A DNA stretch of 64,000 nt from Octopus sinensis. Lineage: Eukaryota. The DNA lies in assembly GCF_006345805.1 (NCBI RefSeq), contig NC_043012.1:36518001-36582000 (forward strand), written 5' to 3'. Every line of letters begins with the position of its first letter. The first letter of the stretch is position 1. Positions 1 to 13,250 of this stretch are shown one piece after another. The notes below the pieces were generated by a model. That model was not told the DNA's origin. It did not search any database and saw only the letters and a list, made by a program, of their open reading frames with translations. The position numbers and the translations under genes are program-made.

Positions 1-665
1 ATGCTGGGTAAAATGCTTAGTGATATTTCGTCTGCTGCTGTAAGTTCTGAGTTCAAATTCCGCCAAGGTCGACTTTTCCTTTATCTTTTCAGGGTTGATA
101 AATTAAGTACCAGTGAAATACTGGGGGTTGATGTAATCAACTAGGCCACATCCCCCTAAATTTCAGGCCCTCTGCCCATAGTAGAAAGGATTATTATTAT
201 TATCAAGGGAGGTGGTTTGGCAGAATCCGTAATGCATCAGAAGAAATGTCTTTTTGACTCTCAGTGTTCTGAGTTCCACTCCTACCCACCTCAACTTTGC
301 CTTCCATCCTTTTCTGTGTGTGTGTGTGTGGTGAGGGCTTGTCGATAAATTATAATACCAGTCAAATACTGGGGAGGAAAAGCTTATCGACAAACCCACG
401 CCCCCCCCCCTTCTCTCCAAAGTCCTGGCCTTGGGCCTAGTGTAGAAACCATTATTATTAGTAGTATTAGTAGTATTAGTAGTATTAGTAGAAATATTAT
501 TATCATTAAGGCAGTGAGCTGGCAGAATTGTTAAAGCTTTTCCGAAAGGCCCTTCATTGCTCCATGGTCAATTAAGTATAATGTACCAGTGATAAACTGG
601 GGGACGATCTTCATCATTCTTCATCCTCTCGCAAAAATGTCAGGCCTCGTTGTGCCTAATGTAAG
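1..665 (+). mobile_element. Tandem cluster of three SINE family 2 copies; further copies at ~3180-3630, 11600-11880, 17175, 27340, 31620-31845, 46300, 47640
   Basis: Repeated GAGCTGGCAGAA..GTTCTGAGTTCAAAT..AGGTCGACTTTGCCTTTCATCCTTTCGGGGTCGATAAA..AGTACCAG..CAGGCCTTGTGCC with (ATT)n tails. Confidence 0.82.
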
Positions 666-1256
666 AAATCTTTTTTTTTTTCCATTTGCTCCCCCTCCTC
701 CTCCTCCTCCCAAAGTTTGGCCGACATTTCTTTCCCTCCATCCATCACTCTCACCTTTTACAGCGTTCACCTGTTGATTAAATTTGCTTCAGTTTTTCTT
801 TTCTTCCGCTGCTTTTTTTTTTTTTTGTCTTTCATCTATTTAAAAAAAAAAAAAAACACATCATCATGTTTGGGTTTTTGGTGTTTTCTCTGTGTGGGTG
901 GGTTGGTGGGGGGGAACATGTTGGATAAAAGGGTGTGGATGGGGAAGAGACACTGCCCCCTATCTCCATCGAGGCTGATAATAGCAATCCCCCCTCGAAA
1001 TACCACCATCCTGTCAACCACCCATTCCACATGCCCATCCACCCTTTTCTAGACACAAAAGTATCATCCAATCATAACTCACTCTCCACCCAGTAATAAT
1101 TGTTACTGTTAATAATAATAATAATAATATTGATAATAATAATTGCAATACTATTTGTTTTCATAATAATGCACAAAAAAAAAAGAAAAATCTTATTTAT
1201 TTTCTCTTGGGTTTCAATTTGTTTTGCCAACCATACAAATACACACACACACACAT

Positions 1257-1297
<41 letters not shown>

Positions 1298-1611
1298 GTA
1301 TACACAAGCATACACATAAACATGGCCATTCATACATTGTATATTTAAAACGAATCACACATTTAAGACGGGGTTGGTTGGTCACCCATGGGAATTGAAC
1401 TTGCTTGCTTCGGATTCCCTTCTGAGGTTCCCCCACCACCCCACATCCCCACCCTCAACTGATAGGAAATAAAGTTCAAATTCCAAGTTGGTAGATACTT
1501 GATCTCCCTTCTTCTCTCTCCCCCCACTTCCCTGCCCTTTTTTTTCTATTTATTTGATCATGTCTTTTTTTTTTTTCTAAGAAAAAATAATACCTTATTC
1601 CTGTTGCTGCC

Positions 1612-2810
<1,199 letters not shown>

Positions 2811-5731
2811 TTATGGTAGACACATACATTGAGTATAACATGTGATGTGACTCTCTAAACTTTGTAGGATGCACTCCTGTTGGCCGAGGGTTCCCCATAT
2901 CAGGTTATTGTTTACCAACTTTCTTCTATAATCTTGGGCCCTGCCAGTTGTCCTACTCAAAAGAAACCAAACGGGATTACAGGTTACAAATAACGACCCT
3001 ACTTGTCCCCTTTCTTGTGTGATTTAATCAGGCTTTTTATTTCTTTATTTCATTGTTTTGTTATTAAATCTGATAAAAAAAAACAATTTTTCTTTTGTTT
3101 ATTTTTTTTTTTTTTTCGTTTTGAATTTTTCTTTTTCCTGAATCTACACCAACCACCATTTTAATTATTATCATTAATGTGAACTGGCAGAAATTTTATC
3201 CTGCCAGACAATGCCTACCAGCGTTTTGTTTGTCTCTATGTTCTGAGTTCATTTTCTGCTGAGGTCATCTTTGCCTTTCATCCTTTCAGGGTTACAAAAT
3301 AAGTACCAGGGTTGCTGTAATCAACTTTCCCCTCCCCCCCCAAGATTTCAGGCCTTCTACCTTTAGCTATTATTATTATTATTAGTAGTAATAGTAGTAT
3401 TGTCAGCTTCTGAGGTTTCTGAGCTGGCTCAGTGGTTAAGTGCATTGAAAAAAATGCTTAACAGCATACCTTACAGCTCTTTATGTTCTGAGTTCAAATC
3501 CTGCAGAGGTTGACTTTATCTTTCATTTCGGGGTTGAGAAAATAAGTACCACTCATATACTGGGGTCAATGTAATCAACTTACCCCAGTCTTCTAAAGTT
3601 GCTGGCTTTGTGCCAAATTTTTGTAGCCATTATTATTATTATTACCACCATTAACAGTTTGTCATCATTATTATTATTAAATGTAAACATTTTCATACTG
3701 TGAAATATTTTTTCTCCAGAATCTGTATTTCTACATTCTTGAAAGGAAACCAATAATTTTCCATCTTCTAACTAAACTTTGTTTTCCCATAACATTTTCT
3801 GTATCCTTATTTGTTCCCTTATTGTAAATTCTCTGTCCCTTGTCTTTCTCCTTCTTGTTAATCTCATGCAACCATCAAGAATGTCAATCTACTGAAATTC
3901 CATTCCTGTCTGAGTTCTTCCTGTAGGTGATTTTGTTTGAAAGAAAATGTTGTGCTCTTAGCTTTTGCAGGTCCTCTGTGACTGGTGACTTTGATTTGTT
4001 TGTTTTGGGACATCAACTTACTGCAGGAGAAACAGGGTCTTGGAGGACAGAATGCACAGTGAAATGCTAGGCAGTGTCTGGGAGACGAGATCAGAACCTG
4101 AGTGGAGGTAGAACAAGATCTGACTAGTTTCGGAGGATCTCTTTAAACCACTGGTACTGTTGCTTCCTCCTGTTTTTTAAAACCAAAATATTGAGAACAA
4201 AATAATCCCAACCCTTCCTACAAAGACCTGATTAGTTAACCGCATGGCTAATAATCAAACTGAACCACTTTTAATTATTTTTTTCATATCAGTTTCTGTG
4301 AGGGCCCTTCAGCTCTTGTGTCAGGAAAAGAACTCTGTGGCTGTGGTTCTCAAACTTCACAGCCCTGCTACCACTGAACTAAATGCCTCTGGCCACCATT
4401 TATAGCACTTAGTTCTGTTCCACACACATAGCAACTGATGCAGAGCCAGTCACGTACCAAACTGTCTTTAATAAACCTGAAAAGTAGCAAACCGGTCCTG
4501 ACCAATGGCAGAAGCTTCAGGGACACTTGGACAACCACAGTAGTTCCATGTATTTATTATCCTTACAACTAGGTTACATGTGAAAGACAGGAAACCCCTG
4601 TTAGGGTGGCTGGAAATAGATGAACCTGTTTATAGATGCTCAACAATACACTTCCTGATAGATATATTAAGACTGAATGGTCATGGCTGGAAGGCCTCAT
4701 GTCTTGTCTTAATACAAGTGAAACGTTCTTTTCATTTTTTTTTTTAGGGCCATTTCACTCATATTAAACATTTGTGTACCTACTTTTGGCCCACCCCTGT
4801 ACTGTATATCATTTCAGACCAGATTGACAAATGATACAGAAACTCTGTGTGGCGGGGGGGTTCTAAATACTTATTTCTGACCCTGGGGCTTGATTTTACT
4901 AGGCCTGGCCTATCTGCCTCATCGTCTACCCACACTAACGTCTATTTTACTCTGAGCTGTCAACCCAACTCAAACCAGGTTGGCGTAAGTTTAAAGTTAC
5001 ATCTATTTCTTGATATTCATATCTATTTCATAAAACGTTTCCTAGGAAACGGAGGATGGACTGGATAATATAAAGGCTGTGGTCGGTGGGGAAGCAAAAA
5101 AGTGCATCACTAACCAAGGGAGACAACTGGAGCAAGCTTTTAACAGATTGATAAAAATGTCGGTTTAGCTGACTTGTTAGATCTAAATCGGAGTAAACAC
5201 TGGCCGAGGTAGTGTTTTCTTTTTGTTTTGGTTTTTTTTCGACTGTTTTATAAATATTCAACCCTACTCGGTGTTTGATTCCAAAACCATTAACACACGC
5301 TGAAACAATTTCACCAAAAATAATCCTAGAGATTAGGGGGTTGTTTTGTTACTTTTTATTTGATGGAAAAATAAATATTGCAATTTCTGAGAAAATATAA
5401 CAGTGACTTGAAAGAAGGCAATGATAGAAAATAAAACGAAAAAAAAAATGGATAAATAAATAAATATATAACTTATATACACTCCTTTGTGTGATTACAA
5501 CAATGTTGTTTATGAGAAAATATTTTCAGCTGTCCGTTATATAAATATTACCGATATTACTAAACTATTGTTGAGAGTTCTGGAAGATGATGATGATGAT
5601 GACGCTTGGTTAATGTTTTTGAAAGAAGAGGCGCTTCCTTTAAAGTTGATATTTAATGAGTGGAGTCGGCTAAAGCCATAAGAAATAACGAGTAAAAATA
5701 ATTAAGATACAAAGCAGGATGGCTATAATGC

Positions 5732-7084
5732 TTAAAATATATTATGGATGTGTTCGGTCTCTGCCAGTAATAATGTCTCTTGCCGCATGTCATCTTCTTT
5801 AGCAATTTTCACAAACCGTACGCTACACACCAGCGCCAGAGCCTGAAGACCAACGCACACCACAAAGATCATTCTGTTACCATGTTGGAAGACGTCTTCG
5901 TGCAGCAAAAGTAAAACAATACAAGAAATTAGATTGAGAGGAATACGGAACCAGTTCATGATATTAGTTCTGTGGGTTTCTGGGATGATGTTATTGCGGA
6001 GAAAACCCATAGCAGGGAAGTATAACCCCACCCCTACTTCAAATATGAGGAAGGACGTGAAAGATAAAGCAGTGTTGGGATGGGTGGGGTTGGTGGATAT
6101 CACACATAAAATGTTGGCAAATAATGCTATAATGACCGAACTAAGAAGTAAGTTAGTGATTGGGACATTCTTTGAGGAGGCAATCTGGTAGAGGCCTGAC
6201 CCTATCAGGATGCTTATCATAAAGCTGGAGAAGACGATGCCGAGAGAGAATTTCTCTCTGTCCAAAATTGGAGTCCAAAGAAAGATGATAATGTAGATAA
6301 CACTTTCGTAAGATGATTCAATGGCACCAATGAGGAAAACCTTCTCGTGGGTCAAAGTTTTCTTCAGACCCTCAAAACAAAGTTTCTGGAAATTAACTTT
6401 ATGGCCACTATAATTTTCATTCCAATGAGTGGACATCATGACTCCAGCAAAAATAAGAAAGGGAATGGCCAATATATAAGGAGCTACTGGTCCAAGGCCA
6501 AACCATTCAGAGAAAATATTTGCAGTTAAACCAGCTAAAATAGCTAACACTCCATTCCAAAACGATGCTTTTGTGAAAGTAACAGCAATCCACTCTTTGG
6601 GGAAGTCATGGGTTTCCGTGTGTTCGTGGATGTACCATGCCTCAAATGCAGAGAACAAAACTGACGTTGCAACACCACCAACCAAGCGGCCCAGCAGCAA
6701 CACAGCATAGTTTCGAGATAATTTCAGCAAACACGATATGGAGTAAAGAATTGTAAAGAGAATGCACATTTTTTTGCGACCAAACTGATCAGCAGCAAGG
6801 GGAATCCAAGTTCCAAGAAGAACGGTCGATGCAAAACCAAAGACATAGAGCACAGCAATTTGTTCCTCTTGGAATCCATAATAGTTGTAAAGTTTATAGA
6901 GATAAGGACCTTGAAGCCAGTCTGCAAACATTGCTGGAAGATATGCAGAGAAGTAACCTCGTTGGAACTTCAAAAATTGTGGATTGTTGCCCAATAAAAC
7001 GTCCTTCTTGAAACGGTAGACCATTATTTGTAAAAGACTGGCCAAACAGGCCAGAACCAGAAATACAGCATATAATACAACCAT
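5732..7084 (-). CDS. MFSD5: Molybdate-anion transporter / major facilitator superfamily domain-containing protein 5, single coding exon, 450 aa
   Basis: Intact 450-aa ORF with many TM helices and MFSD5-family motifs (ADWLQGPYLYKLYxxYGF, GRLVGGVATSVLFSAFEAWY, IIFLWTPIL, IMNWFRIPLNL). A pyrimidine tract plus AG acceptor (tttgtttctttcag|) at ~7143 implies an upstream non-coding exon. Confidence 0.95.
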   Translation of the reverse strand: MVVLYAVFLVLACLASLLQIMVYRFKKDVLLGNNPQFLKFQRGYFSAYLPAMFADWLQGPYLYKLYNYYGFQEEQIAVLYVFGFASTVLLGTWIPLAADQFGRKKMCILFTILYSISCLLKLSRNYAVLLLGRLVGGVATSVLFSAFEAWYIHEHTETHDFPKEWIAVTFTKASFWNGVLAILAGLTANIFSEWFGLGPVAPYILAIPFLIFAGVMMSTHWNENYSGHKVNFQKLCFEGLKKTLTHEKVFLIGAIESSYESVIYIIIFLWTPILDREKFSLGIVFSSFMISILIGSGLYQIASSKNVPITNLLLSSVIIALFANILCVISTNPTHPNTALSFTSFLIFEVGVGLYFPAMGFLRNNIIPETHRTNIMNWFRIPLNLISCIVLLLLHEDVFQHGNRMIFVVCVGLQALALVCSVRFVKIAKEDDMRQETLLLAETEHIHNIF

Positions 7085-7462
7085 GATGATGGCAGCAAGG
7101 TAAAATAATCAGGAAGAATTCCACAGTCTTGGAGATACAGCAACTGAAAGAAACAAAGAAATTGATAAGTGATTCTCTCAAAGCATATTCTATGGTGTGT
7201 GTGTGCAAGTGGTTTAGGGTCAGTAAATGAGATGGTAACCCCTTTCGGTCTTGTGGTTGAGTGAAGTTAACTGTTAGAACGTCTTCAGCAAATGTCATTG
7301 TTGGTTTGCTTAAATATCTGTAACTTAGCAATTTGGCAAAAGAGATCGATAGAATAAGTACCGAACTTCAAAGAAATAAGCACACGGTCGATTTGTTCAA
7401 CTAAGACTCTTCAAAGTGGGGCCCCAGCTGGCCATGGTCCAATGACTGAAACAAACAAAAGA

Positions 7463-7677
7463 TGGAGTAAAGATAGTTTGCCAACGTAACATGGCATTCC
7501 TGGTTTAGGACGAATGTTGCTGTAATTTAGCCTCAGGAGACATCGTCTCCAGCTGGTTATATGACATAATCTTTGTCGTTATATTTTTGAACAAGGGAAT
7601 TTCCTGGGACTAAATTACAGCAACATTCGTCCTAAACCAGGACGGCCATGTTATGTTGGCAAACAATCTTTACTCCA
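7463..7677. mobile_element. Palindromic MITE-like element with ~75-bp arms
   Basis: TGGAGTAAAGATAGTTTGCCAACGTAACATGGC...GCCATGTTATGTTGGCAAACAATCTTTACTCCA, near-perfect inverted arms. Confidence 0.75.
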
Positions 7678-7734
7678 AAGTACTGTTGCTGAATATCTCT
7701 CGTTGTGAGATTTAAGAATAGTAATTTTCCAAAC

Positions 7735-8130
7735 AGGCACAGGAGTGGCTGTGTGGTAAGTAGCTTGCTTCCCAACCACATGATTCCGGGTTCAGTCCCA
7801 CTGCGTAGCATCTTGGGCAAGTGTCTTCTGCTATAGCCCCGGGCCGACCAATGCCTTGTGAGTGGATTTGGTAGACGGAAACTGAAAGAAGCCTGTCGTA
7901 TATATGTATATATATATGTTTGTGTGTCTGTGTTTGTCCCCCCTAGCATTGCTTGACAACCAATGGTGGTGTGTTTACGTCCCCATCACTTAACGGTTCG
8001 GCAAAAGAGACCGATAGAATAATTACTGGGCTTACAAAGAATAAGTCCCGGGGTCGATTTGCTCGACTAAAGGCAGTGCTCCAGCATGGCCACAGTCAAA
8101 TGACTGAAACAATTAAAAGAGTAAAAAGAG
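7735..8130 (+). mobile_element. tRNA-headed SINE, family 1; representative of at least 10 copies (~9060-, 11890-, 13270-, 19274+, 30280-, 31890-, 32340-, 35000-, 35680+, 38573+, 56515+)
   Basis: A box GTGGCTGTGTGGTAAG, B-box-like GGTTCAGTCCC, conserved body CCTTGTGAGTGGATTTGGTAGACGGAAACTGAAAGAAGCC, internal (TA)/(TG) tract, tail CCAGCATGGCCACAGTCAAATGACTGAAAC. Confidence 0.88.
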
Positions 8131-9326
8131 TAAACAAAAGGTGTATCAACAATCTAACTGCAAACCAGAGATGGAGAAGAGAAAGAAGTTTTTATCAAAA
8201 AAAGATAATTCAAATAATGATAAAACTAAAAGATGAATCTGACAAAGTTGGTCATACTTGGTGGTACTCCAGCATGGCCTGGCCTGGGGAGGGAAAAACT
8301 AAGCAAACAACCTAGGAGCTGGGGCATTTGGATTATGATGATATGTGGTTCGGTGAAAATATTAGAGGATACATGAAGAATTCAGATGAGTTGTGAATGT
8401 CCTCTAGTGATCCTAGTATTGTAACCCTTGTAATACTGATCCTTTGGTCCAATAGAACAAACTTCCTGTTTTAGAGGCATCTAAATTAAGAGCTTCCTCC
8501 AAAAGCGCATCTTAAGGTATATTCCAAATACCAGCTTAAGAACAGCAAAGTTATTTTACCAACATCAAAATAAAAGCAGTTTATTTAAGAGAAATATGGT
8601 AAGAGAAGGATTAACTGTTTTGATATCAAACTGGCCAAGAGCACACTTAGCTTTATGGTACACACTTCCTGTTTTCAGGTGATTGTAATTAAAACATCCA
8701 ATTAAAATCTCGTGTTAATTTAGGTTTCAAAATAACTTAATTATGATGAAGTTATATTACTATAATCTTTATTACTTTCAAAATTAATTGATAGAAAAAT
8801 TGTATTTCAACAGACACACAGTAACAAAAGGGGTCAAACAGCAATCGGATTTTTAGGGGGAAGAATATACTGAAGGGGTTTACTGTTACACTCATCAGAC
8901 ATGTAGCAAGATCTCAACTTAAAAGTGTCAGGTCGTGAAGCCTTAAGCAATTATAAAATGGTAAACTGTCCTTTTGGTTGCAAGGGAACATGAAATAGTG
9001 CATTCCACTCAAGAACACAATGCACAGCCCAGTCCAGAAAGCAAAACCACAACCTTGCAATTGTGAGTGCAACATTTTAACCACCAGGCCACACATCTTC
9101 ATTCCTACATGTGTGTGTGTGCCCCAACATGGCCTCGGCCTCTGGCTAAAATCAGGCTTCTTTCAGTTTCCATGTACCAAATCCACTTAATAGAAGACTC
9201 CTCCTGCCCAAGGTGTCATGCAGTGGAACTGAACCCGAAGCCAAATGGTTGGGAAAGAAACACCTGAACCACACAGCCAGGGTACCAAGAAGCCTTTATA
9301 AAAGCTGAAGAAACATCACAAAAAAA

Positions 9327-9364
9327 CTTCTACTCAGAGTTTCATGTCCCCATTCATCAGGCAG
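9327..9364 (-). ncRNA. Minimal type-I hammerhead-ribozyme-like motif, family A; decayed inverted partner at 9391-9428 (+)
   Basis: CTGC-CTGATGA-ATG GGGA CAT-GAAA-CTCTGA-GTA-GAAG: core boxes, stem II, near-palindromic stem III and a GUA triplet; stem I has one mismatch in this copy. Confidence 0.6.
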
Positions 9365-9551
9365 GTGCGATACAGAATTCTGAATCACACCTGCCCAACA
9401 AATGGGAACATGAAACTCTGAGTAGCAGTTTTTTTTGGGGGATATTTTTGCAGCTTTAATAAAAAAAGCATATTACTCTACCTTCAGTATTCGAGTACCA
9501 TTTTTTCCCCACCTTGTTTTGCATTTATGTGCTTACTCATGTGTGTATATG

Positions 9552-9584
<33 letters not shown>

Positions 9585-9663
9585 TTTACAAAAAAAAAGA
9601 CGAAGACAGGTGGTGTACAAAACAAACAGATGTATTAGTATAATGCTCAGGAATAGAAAAAGT

Positions 9664-9699
9664 CTTTTACGTTTCGAGCCTACGCTCTTCTACAGAAAG
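9664..9699 (-). ncRNA. Hammerhead-like motif, family B; second copy at 26744-26779 (-)
   Basis: CTTT-CTGTAGA-A-GAGC GTAG GCTC-GAAA-CGTA-AAAG: stems I and II pair perfectly; non-canonical CUGU core. Confidence 0.45.
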
Positions 9700-10626
9700 G
9701 GACACACAAAAAACAAGGAGAGAAAAAAATGTGTGTAGTGGCTAACGATCTATTATGGCGTGCATGTGTGTATTTATCCCCCACAACTGCTTGACAACCG
9801 GTGTTGGTGTGTTTATGTCCCCATGGCTTAGCAGTTTGGTAAAAGAGACCAACAGAATAAGCACCAGGTTTTAAAAAATAATTACTGGCAATGATTTATT
9901 CAACTAAACTTCTTCAAAGTGGTGCCCCAGCATGACCGCAGTCTAATGACTGAAATAAGATTAAAAAAAAAAATCAAAAATGTAGAAGTGTGTTTACATT
10001 CTTAAATTCCTCTCACAGTAAGGCTTTGTAATAAAATTATTTCAGTCTTCATGAGTCACACTGTGTTTTGCATAAAATATACATTTTTATATTAATTAAT
10101 TAATGAGCTTTCAAATGCATAAATATGCAAATTAACCAGTTATCATTGAAACGATCCATATGTAGCCCACATTTTCTACTAGTCTTTGAGCTCAAACTGG
10201 CAAGATCCAGCCTCTCACACATACCCTACAATGTCATTCTAAAAATTTACAATCACATCATCAAAATCTCAAAGCTACGAAATAATACAGGATTAATTCA
10301 AAACAATTTGAATAAATAAACATTACACTTAACAGAATAATCAAAATAGCAAAGGGCGAAGTTACCCAAAACAGTGATAGCCTAATTTACACCTGCTTTA
10401 TATAACTCTTATTTAAATGAGTTCTCCCATAGACCCTTTTTAATATGCTTATCCTTGTCACACTGTGTCACGCTGAATCTCCCTAAGAACTACATTAAGG
10501 GTACACATGTCTACGGATTGCTCAGCCACTTGCACATTAATTTCATGAGAGCAAGCTGTTCCATTGATCGGATCAGCTGGGACCCTCATCGTCGTAACCG
10601 ACTGAGTGCCACTGTGTGTGTGTGTG

Positions 10627-11567
10627 TGCCCGAACAAGCATAATTGTTGGTAATCCCATTGGTTAAAATTATTGCCCCTATACGAATTCTAAACTTTTGT
10701 CAAAGAATTCAGATATGAGCAGTTATAAAAACACTGATTTTTTGGAAATTACTCAGTGATCGTTGGATGTTACTAAACTCCATGACACTCATCCTTGAAA
10801 CATTGGCTATTTTTTATGATGTGGTGGTTTATCTACAAGATCACGTCCAGAGGTCACCACTTTTTATAGCCGGTTTGGTTACTGTTTGTGCAACACTACT
10901 TTTATATGTTTCCTATTTGGAAAGAGATAATAAATATATCTTACTTTTGAAGTAGGAATATATATTGATAAACCCGTCACTTATAACTTATTTATAAGTG
11001 TTATCATTATACATAAATCCTAACTCCAGCTACATAAACACCATAGTGAGAAATATATTTTATGCATGCATGTATGTTGAAGATAAATACATACATGTTC
11101 TTTTAACCGCTATAAAAAATACAGAGTTTTATAATTGCAGAAATAAATATTAACAAGTTGAAGAACATGAAGAAAGAGAAAATAATTACTACATTAGTTT
11201 ATTTTTGTACATTTAGCAATTGGAAAGCAAAGTCATTTTGTCATAGAGAATTACAACTTAAAATTCACACTAACTAATCCTTCATACTAATTACTAGAGT
11301 TCACAACAATTCAAATAAGTCTTGTTGGATTTTTATCATAGACATGGCATAAAAAATAGCCAATATCTCAAGGAGTGAGTGTCGTGGAGTTTAGTACATC
11401 TAACGATCACTGAGTAATTTCCCAAAAATCAGGGTTTTTATAACTGCTCATATCCAGATTCTAAGAACCATATTTCATGAAAGATTTTTTTGACAAAAGT
11501 TTACAATTCGTATATGGGCAGTAATTTTAACCAATGGGAGTACCAACAATTATGCTTGTTCGGGCAA
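10627..11567. mobile_element. Non-autonomous DNA transposon with ~200-bp TIRs
   Basis: 10627-10820 (TGCCCGAACAAGCATAATTGTTGG...) is the reverse complement of 11345-11567; AT-rich non-coding interior. Confidence 0.8.
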
Positions 11568-12329
11568 ACGACCATTACGTCATATTGTTGCCTTTTATGA
11601 CTTGCTACAGTGGTATTTCTTCCAGCTCTTTGCATTCTGAATTCAAACTGCACAATGGTCAAGTTTGCCCTTCACCCTTTCGGGGGGGTCAACAACATAA
11701 GTACTAGTCATATACTGGAGTCAATGTAATCAACTAGCCCCCACCCCACCCCTACTGCCCACAAAATTTCAGGCCTTGTGCTGACAGTAGAAAGGACTTG
11801 AATAAAGTACCAAACACTGGGGTCAATGTAATCAGCTTCCCTCTCCCCTCAAAGCTGCTGGCCTGGTGCAAAAAATTGCAAAGAATTCATATCTTTTACT
11901 TGTTTCAGTCATTTGACTGCGGCCATGCTGGAGCACTGCCTTTAGTTGGACAAATCGATCTCAAAACTTATTCTTTGTAACCCTAGTACTTATTTTATCG
12001 GTGTCTTTTGCTGAACCACTAAGTTATGGGGGCATAAACACAGCAGCATTGGTTGTCAAGTGATGTTGGGAAGACAAACATACACACATACATCATATAT
12101 ATATATATACATGATGGGCTTCTTTCAGTTTCCATCTACTAAATCCACTCACAAGGCTTTGGTTGGCCCGAGGCTATAGTAGAAGACACTTGCCCAAGGT
12201 GCCATGCAGTAGTATTGAACCTGGAACCATGTGGTTGGGAAGCAAGCTTCTTACCACACAGCCACTCCTGCGCCTGTATCTATTTACTTTTGAAAATTAC
12301 ATTTTTAACGATGCCAGTTTTGGACACAC

Positions 12330-13250
12330 AAGAAGTGTAATGGTATGAGAGGAAGGCTAACAGAGAAAATAGTCTTCGTGTGCGACAAATGTGTGGCTAC
12401 AATAAGCACTAAAAATATGCAGACGATAGATTTCCTCAAATACTCAGGGGGACCATTAGAAGTAGAGCTTCTGGTATCTAGGCAACCAATTTAGTAGGGG
12501 AGGAGGAAGTACAGAAAGTGTAGTTGCTAGAATAAGAACGGGCTGGGCAAAGTTCAGAAAGCTTCAGCCTTTGTAGGTAAGTAGGGGCCTCTCCCTCAGA
12601 GTGAAAGGCAGATCGTATGATGCATGTGTACGTACAGCTATGCTACATGGAAGTGAAACATGGGCTGTGACTGCAGAGGACTTGTGAAGGCTTGAAAGAA
12701 ATGAAGCTAGTGTGCTCTGCTGGATGGGTAATGTCAGTGTGCATGCATGACAGAGTGTAAATGATTGAAGAGGAAAACTGGGTATAAGAGGCATCAGATG
12801 TTGTGTGCGAGGGAGAAGACTGCACTGGCTTGGTCAAGTGATGTGTATGGATGAGGACAGATGTAGAAAGAGGTGCTGAGCTCTAATTGCAGAAGGAACC
12901 TGTGAAAGGGGTAAACCCTGGAAGACGCGGGGCGAACTGGTGAGAAAGGATCTGTGAATGCTGGGCATCACTGGGAGTTGTGGCGATCTGCTGTACTTGA
13001 GAAGACGAGTCGAGCTAAGTAAAATCGCCGTCCTCCATACGTTCCAGGCTTGTCTTTCTCTTACAGGTGCTGGTGCCACGTAATATACACTCGTGCCACT
13101 TAAATAGCAACCAGCTCACTCTGTAAAGTGGTTGGTGTTAGGAAGGGCATCCCAGCAGGAGAGACAGACAATGGGAATCTGGACAGCTCCCATCAAAACC
13201 ATTCAACCCATGCCAGCATGAAAAAACGGACGTTAAACGATGATAATAAT
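12330..13250 (+). mobile_element. RTE-like LINE 3' fragment with (GAT)n-like tail
   Basis: RIRTGWAKFR..LSLRVKGRSYDACVRTAMLHGSETWA..LERNEAS with stops; tail CATGCCAGCATGxAAAACGGACGTTAAACGATGAT. Confidence 0.8.

Noticed and set aside
6894-7331. 145-aa ORF overlapping the MFSD5 start
   Set aside because: Crosses the splice acceptor into intronic SINE sequence; no recognisable domain.
7735-7810. tRNA genes
   Set aside because: A/B boxes belong to SINE heads; no complete cloverleaf was seen anywhere in the window.
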